Source of the DNA: Patescibacteria group bacterium
GTDB taxonomy: Bacteria > Patescibacteriota > Microgenomatia > UBA1400 > PJMF01
Length of the DNA: 64,000 nt
NCBI GenBank assembly: GCA_049322655.1
Contig: JBMORP010000006.1
Coordinates: 384,410-448,409 of the forward strand
Reading direction: 5' to 3'
Both the position numbers and the translations under genes were made by a program. Below the pieces are notes generated by a model that saw nothing but the letters and a program-made list of their open reading frames with translations, did not search any database and was not told the DNA's origin. Shown piece after piece: positions 57,930 through 64,000 of the stretch (position 1 is its first letter; the number at the start of each line of letters is the position of its first letter).

Positions 57930-58496
57930 TTATTTATTTTCTTTAAAAAGTTGCTGAGCCTTATTTCTACCATACCAAATTCCCAAAGCCAACTTAATAA
58001 TACCTTGATATTCCTCAGTTCGATCAACAAACCCATCAGTTAAAATACCAATTAAACCTTGTTCTTGCTTGATTTTGTTCCTGTTTTTTTCACCAATAAT
58101 TTCTGCCACAGCATGACCCATTTCTATCTTATTTCTAATTAAATTAGCCACTGAATCAGGTACCTTAAACCTAGCCCCAGCCGATAAGCTCAAAAAACCT
58201 TGTTGATCAATCACTGCTGCCCAAACGGTCGACCACATTTCATTGCCTAGATCCACAATACCTCCCTCCATACCAACACCCAAACACTCACCTTGATAAT
58301 TTTTTAATCCTGCAGTTAAAGCCGCCTGAGCGCGATTAATTGCTCCTTGTCTAGTCTCTTCATCACTCATTGGTTGAGCTGAAACGCCACTCTCAACTGC
58401 AAAACCTTCAGCTTCAGCGTCTGGCCAAGTTTCAATCGCGGCAGTTAAACCCGCATTAACTTTAACTGGATTAGTAGAACCGACAAAAATCTTCAC
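57930..58496 (-). CDS. Non-canonical purine NTP phosphatase (YjjX/ITPase family)
   Basis: VGSTNPVKV, VESGVSAQPMSDEETRQGAINR and GIIKLALG match E. coli YjjX motifs. Confidence 0.7.
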   Translation of the reverse strand: MKIFVGSTNPVKVNAGLTAAIETWPDAEAEGFAVESGVSAQPMSDEETRQGAINRAQAALTAGLKNYQGECLGVGMEGGIVDLGNEMWSTVWAAVIDQQGFLSLSAGARFKVPDSVANLIRNKIEMGHAVAEIIGEKNRNKIKQEQGLIGILTDGFVDRTEEYQGIIKLALGIWYGRNKAQQLFKENK

Positions 58497-58499
58497 TCG

Positions 58500-58988
58500 T
58501 TAATTCCTTAGATATTTTTTTAATACTTGTTTAGCATCAACAGAGCTATAAATTCTAATTTTGTCAAATTGATCTAAATCAACCCATTCCGCTTTCTGGA
58601 CATATTGCCGTTCATTTTCGTCAAGATAATCAATAGAAATTTCTCCACCGGTTACTTCACATTCATAATATAAGTGAATAGAATGGACAAATTTTTCTTT
58701 AAAAGGTAACTTAAAAAATGAGTTATCAGCAAAAATAACCTCTTTAACTTCTACTTCTAAACCAGTCTCTTCCTTTACTTCACGTTTCAAAGCTTCAATA
58801 GTATTTTCACCAAGCTCAATTCCTCCTCCTGGAAAATCATAACCATCCCATTGCTTAGATAATAAAACCTTATGATCTTGAATAATCACCCCATAGACTG
58901 CTGGACGAAAAGTAAGTTGATCAACAGCAACCTGGTAGGTATTACCTTGAACATCTTCACAGGTTACTTGACCAAAAACTCTACTCAT
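58500..58988 (-). CDS. Nudix hydrolase
   Basis: GGGIELGENTIEALKREVKEETGLEV is the Nudix box. Confidence 0.8.
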   Translation of the reverse strand: MSRVFGQVTCEDVQGNTYQVAVDQLTFRPAVYGVIIQDHKVLLSKQWDGYDFPGGGIELGENTIEALKREVKEETGLEVEVKEVIFADNSFFKLPFKEKFVHSIHLYYECEVTGGEISIDYLDENERQYVQKAEWVDLDQFDKIRIYSSVDAKQVLKKYLRN

Positions 58989-59383
58989 TGCTTAGCCTCC
59001 CACAATTCAAGGGCTTGTTGTACTGCATTCAAACCTAGCAAAAAACATTTTTCACGCCCCCTGTTAACTTCACTCATCCCAAAAAAAGGCAGTAAATTAG
59101 TTTTATCCCAAGTTTTTAATTCGGCTAAAGTTTTGCCTTTAATTTTTTCTGACAGCAAACTCATACTGGTCACACTGACAACACAACCACGACCTTCCCA
59201 TTTAATATCAGTGATAGTTTGACCATCAGTAGCAAACTTTAAATAGAGTTTTATTTCATCACCACATGAGGCATTTCTACCTTCGTGTTCCAAATCAGCA
59301 GGCACCAATTTCCCCTTGTTTTGTGGTTCCTTAAACTCAGCAAGCATCGCTTCTTGATAAAAATCTGTCATCTTAAGTTCCAA
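58985..59383 (-). CDS. sufU: SUF system Fe-S scaffold SufU/NifU-like
   Basis: NASCGDEIKLYLKF ... GRGCVVS shows the conserved Cys residues of the IscU/SufU fold. Confidence 0.8.
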   Translation of the reverse strand: MELKMTDFYQEAMLAEFKEPQNKGKLVPADLEHEGRNASCGDEIKLYLKFATDGQTITDIKWEGRGCVVSVTSMSLLSEKIKGKTLAELKTWDKTNLLPFFGMSEVNRGREKCFLLGLNAVQQALELWEAKQ

Positions 59384-60629
59384 AAATCTTGTTTACTTGA
59401 TTAAAGGCAGCTACCAAGACATCAATATCTTCTTTAGAAGAATAAACATTAAAACTAGCTCTAGTAGTAGCCTGCCAATCACAAGCCAAATGCAATGGCA
59501 TAGTGCAGTGATGTCCAGATCTAACCGCTACCCCTTCACTATCTAAAATTTGGGCTAAATCATGTGGATGGGCAGTCTGGTGGATAAACGCCACAGAACC
59601 CAACCGATTTGGTAAACCTGCAACTAATCCTGGTTTTAAGCCAAGCACAGTTAAACCTGTTACTTTTGCCAGTTGATCATAAGCGTAGCTTACTAGTTCA
59701 AAATCATGCATCATTACTTCATTCATGCCCAAGTCAGATAGATATTCACAAGCTGCAGCCAAACCTCTAGCTGAAGCCACATCTGGGGTGCCAGCTGTAA
59801 ATCTATCTGCCAAATCTTCAGTAAAAGTGGCGGTTTGTTCATAAACTTGATCAATCATCCCACCACCAAACAACCACGGTTTTAGTTCTTCATTCACTAG
59901 TAATTCTTTTTTGACTAATAAACCACCCACACCCATTGGACCAAGCATTTTATGACCACTAAAAACCAAAAAATCCACATTTAACTGGTGAAAATCAATC
60001 GGTAGATGAGGTGCTGACTGGGCAGCATCCAAAACAATTCTAGCTCCACTAGTATGTTTTTTAACTAACTTAACAATTTCAGCAACAGGATTAACTGTCC
60101 CCAAAGCATTAGAGACATGATTGAAAGCCACCAATTTTACCTGGCCTGCTTTTAAAATCTTGGTCAAATGATCTAAATCCAAGCGAGCCTTATCTTTCAA
60201 ACTAACTATTTTTAAAATTGCACCTGTTCGTTTGGCTAATTCTTGCCACACCACCAAGTTAGCATGATGTTCCATGGCAGTACTGACAATCACTTCACCT
60301 GCCTCAAGATTATGTCCCCAACCATAGGCAATACCATTAGTTGCCTCGGTCGTATTTCTCGTAATAATCAATTCTTCCGGCAAAGCTCCAAAAAACCCAG
60401 TGATGGTTGCTCTACTATCTTCCCAAACCTGGGTACTGCGATCTGATAGAACATGCACCCCTCGATGAACATTAGCGTTGTCATGCCAATAGTAATTCGT
60501 AATAGCTTCAATGACTTGCTTGGGTTTTTGTGAAGTAGCGCCACTATCCAAATAAACTAACCGTTTATCACCATGAATTTTTTGCTGCAAAATCGGAAAG
60601 TCTTGAATTATTTTTTTATGATCAAACAT
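59373..60629 (-). CDS. sufS: Cysteine desulfurase SufS
   Basis: FSGHKMLGPMGVGGL is the PLP lysine motif, and the C-terminal catalytic Cys region (RSGHHC) is present. Confidence 0.88.
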   Translation of the reverse strand: MFDHKKIIQDFPILQQKIHGDKRLVYLDSGATSQKPKQVIEAITNYYWHDNANVHRGVHVLSDRSTQVWEDSRATITGFFGALPEELIITRNTTEATNGIAYGWGHNLEAGEVIVSTAMEHHANLVVWQELAKRTGAILKIVSLKDKARLDLDHLTKILKAGQVKLVAFNHVSNALGTVNPVAEIVKLVKKHTSGARIVLDAAQSAPHLPIDFHQLNVDFLVFSGHKMLGPMGVGGLLVKKELLVNEELKPWLFGGGMIDQVYEQTATFTEDLADRFTAGTPDVASARGLAAACEYLSDLGMNEVMMHDFELVSYAYDQLAKVTGLTVLGLKPGLVAGLPNRLGSVAFIHQTAHPHDLAQILDSEGVAVRSGHHCTMPLHLACDWQATTRASFNVYSSKEDIDVLVAAFNQVNKIFGT

Positions 60630-60648
60630 AAGGGTAATTGTAACAAAC

Positions 60649-61134
60649 TTAAATAGTTAAAAAGCCATCAACTATTAACTGCTCAGCTTTATTTTTTTCA
60701 ATTCCTCTAGATTGGAGATAGAAAAGATGTTCCTCTGACAAAGTGGTAATACTGGCAGCATGAGAACATTTGACGTCATCTGTTTTGATTTCTAAATCTG
60801 GCACAGCCTCAGCCCTAGCTTGCTCTGATAACAACAACACCCGCTCAGTCAAAAATGACTGGGTATCCCCACAATCTTCATCGATAATAATCTTACCTTT
60901 AAGTTGTAAAGAAGAGTTATCTCTGGCAACCCCTTTCATCACTGTTTCTGCTTGAGTATGAGCTGCTTGGTGGTGAATCACTACCTCCAAAACTAAATGC
61001 TCTTTGCCACTGGTTTGAAAAACTCCTTTAACCATAACCGAGGCACCTTCACCTACTAATTCGATCAAATGTTTTCCTGATTCTTTCAAAATGATCTCTT
61101 GATGTTGGTTAGCAGTAATTTGATAAGTTTTCAT
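60649..61134 (-). CDS. sufD: Short SufD-like protein (161 aa; C-terminal SufBD-type region only)
   Basis: The C-terminal FYLQSRGI...AEQLIVDGFL matches the SufB C-terminus next door (FYLMSRGI..ARKMIVNGFI). Confidence 0.6.
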   Translation of the reverse strand: MKTYQITANQHQEIILKESGKHLIELVGEGASVMVKGVFQTSGKEHLVLEVVIHHQAAHTQAETVMKGVARDNSSLQLKGKIIIDEDCGDTQSFLTERVLLLSEQARAEAVPDLEIKTDDVKCSHAASITTLSEEHLFYLQSRGIEKNKAEQLIVDGFLTI

Positions 61135-61136
61135 CC

Positions 61137-62567
61137 TTAGCCAATTGAACCTTCCATCTCAAAATCAATTAACCGGTTCATTTCTACTGCATACTCTAAA
61201 GGTAGCTTCTTGACTAGATCAGCAATAAAACCATTCACAATCATTTTGCGAGCATCTTCTTCAGAGATACCTCTGCTCATCAAATAAAATAATTGATCAT
61301 CACCAATTTTGGACACGGTTGCTTCGTGTTGCACCTCAACTTGATTGTTAAAAACCTTGTCTTGTGGGTAAGTATCTGATCTAGATTTGTCATCTAATAA
61401 CAAAGCATCACAAACGACTGTATTTTTACTGTTTTTAGCATTTGGCCCAACATGAACCATGCCTCGATAACTAGCCCTACCACCATCTTTACTAATTGAT
61501 TTGGAAATAATGGTTGAAGAAGTGTTGGGCGCCAAATGAATTGCTTTAGCTCCAGTATCTTGGTGTTGACCTTTACCAGCCAAAGCCATCGATAACACCT
61601 CACCATGAGCTCTTTCTCCAGCCAAAATAAAGCCTGGATACTTCATGGTAACTTTGGACCCCATATTAAAATCAGTCCAAATCATTTTACCGTCAGCATG
61701 AACATAAGTTCTTTTGGTGACCAAGTTATAAATATTTTTGTACCAATTTTGTACTGTAGTATATTGGCAAGTGGCTCCTTCTTTCACCACAATCTCTACC
61801 ACTGCTGAGTGGAGTGAGGTAGAAGAAAATTGAGGAGCAGTACAACCTTCCACATAATGAACTGAAGCACCCTGATCTACAATAATTAAGGTTCGCTCAA
61901 ACTGACCAAAAGCTTCAGCATTGATTCTAAAATAAGTTTGGAGTGGCATCTTTACCTCCACACCAGGTGGCACATAAACAAAAGACCCTCCAGACCAAAC
62001 AGCCGTATTCAAAGCAGCGTACTTATTGTCGTTGTGAGGAATAACCTTCCCAAAATGCTCTTTAACTAGGTCTGGATATTTGGCTAAGCCTTCATCCATT
62101 GATAAGAAAATTACACCATCTTTCTCCCAGGTTTTCTTCAACGAGCCATAAACCACTTCGCTATCATACTGGGCTTTGACTCCAGCCAAAAAATCTCGTT
62201 CTGCCGCTGGGACACCAATTCGATCAAAGGTTTCTTTGACCTCTGGGGGAACATCTTCCCATGATTTGGCCTGACCTGCTGTTGGTTTAAGGTAATAAGA
62301 CAAATCATCAAAAGTTAGGGCTGATAAATCAGCCCCCCAACTGGGATTTTTTTTAACTTTAAATTCTTTAAAACCTTTTAATCTGTGTTCTAACATCCAA
62401 ACAGGTTCATTTTTCATTGCTGAAATTTGTTTAATCAAGTCTTCAGTCAAACCTTTGTCAGCTTGAAAAGCATAGTTTTTGGTATCAAAAGAATAACCAT
62501 GTTGGTAATCACCTTGGATAAAATCATCACCTGGTTTACTAGTTTTCTTCGCTGCGAATCTGGCCAT
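61137..62567 (-). CDS. sufB: Fe-S cluster assembly protein SufB
   Basis: 476 aa with a SufB core beta-helix. Confidence 0.9.
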   Translation of the reverse strand: MARFAAKKTSKPGDDFIQGDYQHGYSFDTKNYAFQADKGLTEDLIKQISAMKNEPVWMLEHRLKGFKEFKVKKNPSWGADLSALTFDDLSYYLKPTAGQAKSWEDVPPEVKETFDRIGVPAAERDFLAGVKAQYDSEVVYGSLKKTWEKDGVIFLSMDEGLAKYPDLVKEHFGKVIPHNDNKYAALNTAVWSGGSFVYVPPGVEVKMPLQTYFRINAEAFGQFERTLIIVDQGASVHYVEGCTAPQFSSTSLHSAVVEIVVKEGATCQYTTVQNWYKNIYNLVTKRTYVHADGKMIWTDFNMGSKVTMKYPGFILAGERAHGEVLSMALAGKGQHQDTGAKAIHLAPNTSSTIISKSISKDGGRASYRGMVHVGPNAKNSKNTVVCDALLLDDKSRSDTYPQDKVFNNQVEVQHEATVSKIGDDQLFYLMSRGISEEDARKMIVNGFIADLVKKLPLEYAVEMNRLIDFEMEGSIG

Positions 62568-63297
62568 AACCTGTTTTTTCCAACTCTTCTACTAATTCAA
62601 CACCGCCTTGTTTAACTACTCTGCCGCCAGCCACCACTAAGACCTGATCATAGTTGAGATACTGGAGAATTCTTTGATAGTGAGTAATCACAATCACGGC
62701 CATACCGGTCTCTTGCTTAATCCGTTCAACTCCTTGAGCTACTACTTTAATGGCATCGATATCTAAGCCAGAATCAGTTTCATCCAAAATTGCCAGTTTT
62801 GGTTGCAAAACAGCCATTTGTAAAATTTCTAGGCGTTTTTTCTCACCACCGCTAAAACTCTCATTAAGCCCCCTAGTTAACAATTTTTCTGGGATATCTA
62901 ATTCCCGAGCTTTGTGTTCCAAAAAATCTTTAAATTCAACAATCGTTTTATAGTCCCGTTGCTCTTTATCTGGATGTTGCTGACTATAAACAGTCCACAA
63001 AAAATTCAAAACCCTTACCCCAGGAACTTCAACTGGATATTGGAAAGCTAAAAACAAACCTAACTTGGCTCTTTCATCTGGAGCTAAGTCAAATAATTCT
63101 CGACCAACAAACACTGCCGAACCAGTTACTTCATAGTCTGGATGACCAGCTAACACTTTGGACAAGGTTGATTTACCAGAACCGTTAGGACCCATAATCA
63201 CAACTGTTTTCCCTGGTTCAATTTCCAAATTTAACCCACGTAAAATTGGTTGACCTTCAATCTGTGCCTCCAGATTTGTTACTTTAAGTAAGGACAT
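62539..63297 (-). CDS. sufC: Fe-S cluster assembly ATPase SufC
   Basis: IMGPNGSGKSTLS is the Walker A; an ABC signature (LNESFSGGEKKR) and Walker B (ILDETDSGLD) are present. Confidence 0.92.
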   Translation of the reverse strand: MSLLKVTNLEAQIEGQPILRGLNLEIEPGKTVVIMGPNGSGKSTLSKVLAGHPDYEVTGSAVFVGRELFDLAPDERAKLGLFLAFQYPVEVPGVRVLNFLWTVYSQQHPDKEQRDYKTIVEFKDFLEHKARELDIPEKLLTRGLNESFSGGEKKRLEILQMAVLQPKLAILDETDSGLDIDAIKVVAQGVERIKQETGMAVIVITHYQRILQYLNYDQVLVVAGGRVVKQGGVELVEELEKTGYGQIRSEEN

Positions 63298-63318
63298 AAA
63301 TTCTTTCTGAATAACTTG

Positions 63319-63816
63319 TTATTTAGCTACAAACTTATCAAGTGAGTTTTCAATAATAGTTTTAACAAAACGGCCAACTGGCTCACCAAAATCTAGACTA
63401 GCTAGCTCATCCAACTCTATCCACCGATATTCTGTGTGTTCGTCAGATAATAAAACCTTGTCTGGATCTAGGTCAGTGAGATTACTTACAACCCAACCAC
63501 AAACAATCGAGTAAACCTGTTTTCTCTCATCAAAATAACTAAAAAAATGAACCATGTTCTCCAAAGAAAAAACTGCTGGCAGAACCTCAAAACCTGTTTC
63601 TTCAATTACTTCACGGGCAATATCTTCTTGGTGGACATTTCTCTTTGAGGTTGTTAATTCAGCTGGCCATTCAGCGTTACCACCAGGTAAATCCCAAGCC
63701 CCAGGCCTACTTTTAGCGTTAGCTGCTCTTTTAAGCACCAAGACTTTTCCTTGATGAACCAATGCCACTTTATGTAAAAACTTAACGTTTTCGGTTAATT
63801 GATGAGCTATTTTCAT
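63319..63816 (-). CDS. Nudix hydrolase
   Basis: GAWDLPGGNAEW...IAREVIEETGFEV is the Nudix box. I set the start to the ATG (MKIAHQ) with GAAAGGGAG 5 nt upstream. The track start at 63852 is a TTG. Confidence 0.75.
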   Translation of the reverse strand: MKIAHQLTENVKFLHKVALVHQGKVLVLKRAANAKSRPGAWDLPGGNAEWPAELTTSKRNVHQEDIAREVIEETGFEVLPAVFSLENMVHFFSYFDERKQVYSIVCGWVVSNLTDLDPDKVLLSDEHTEYRWIELDELASLDFGEPVGRFVKTIIENSLDKFVAK

Positions 63817-64000
63817 TTGCTCCCTTTCTTGTTTGCTTGATCCAAAACCCAATTGGCTTCGGCTCTTACTTCTGGAATAGTTTCTAAATCAACCAACTCT
63901 TTTTTAGAAAACCAACTTATGCCATCTGTTTCTTCGACGTTTTGTTTAAAATCCAACCCAGCAACTGCCTCTACAACATAAGTAAATACTAAATGTTTTT
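63813..64000 (-). CDS. Partial CDS (C-terminal 62 aa), possibly another Nudix-type hydrolase
   Basis: I translated this frame by hand: ...VFTYVVEAVAGLDFKQNVEETDGISWFSKKELVDLETIPEVRAEANWVLDQANKKGSK*. The TGA stop overlaps the downstream ATG (ATGA). Confidence 0.4.
   Translation of the reverse strand, partial: KHLVFTYVVEAVAGLDFKQNVEETDGISWFSKKELVDLETIPEVRAEANWVLDQANKKGSK

Noticed and set aside
63817-63852. TTG start of the Nudix gene proposed by the track
   Set aside because: An ATG 36 nt downstream has a near-perfect SD (AAGGGAG). The TTG version would overlap the upstream gene.
1-64000. CRISPR arrays, rRNA genes, transposases, integrases and restriction-modification genes
   Set aside because: I saw no direct-repeat arrays, no rRNA signatures and no DDE or tyrosine-recombinase ORFs in any frame.

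Overview
This 64 kb window is the core information-processing region of a small, low-GC bacterial genome. Nearly every gene is on the minus strand. It carries a near-complete S10-spc-alpha ribosomal protein superoperon (rpsJ through rplQ, with rplM and rpsI after it), the str operon (rpsL-rpsG-fusA-tuf) and rpoB-rpoC. Further along are alaS, ruvX, mltG, ftsK, RNase J, a uracil-DNA glycosylase, a pentose/nucleoside salvage cluster (PfkB kinase, LOG, rpe-like, rpiB) and a suf Fe-S assembly operon (sufC-sufB-short sufD-sufS-sufU). RNA genes are one tRNA-Val(CAC) and a one-piece tmRNA (ssrA). Three things point to a Candidate Phyla Radiation (Patescibacteria)-type organism, and this is inference only: rpmD (L30) and map are missing from their canonical slots, many ribosomal proteins have Lys-rich extensions, and the metabolic complement is small. 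The less ordinary parts are: (i) a minus-strand operon at 47740..50966 encoding a stand-alone Lon-type AAA+ module with no N-domain and no protease domain, three uncharacterised helical or acidic proteins, and a Thr-rich secreted protein ending in LPVAG plus a TM segment; (ii) a sortase plus a roughly 750-aa bitopic membrane protein inserted into the conserved alaS-ruvX-mltG neighbourhood, with the sortase stop overlapping the ruvX start; (iii) a tmRNA gene directly abutted by a small GIY-YIG nuclease gene, preceded by a 277-nt structured non-coding stretch; (iv) four Nudix hydrolases plus a YjjX ITPase; (v) a GT-C-like 12-TM protein flanked by ferredoxin and an FNR-like reductase. I saw no CRISPR array, no rRNA and no obvious transposase or integrase. 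Several ORF-track starts use alternative start codons and over-extend. I corrected them where a downstream ATG with a Shine-Dalgarno sequence and homolog length supported it.
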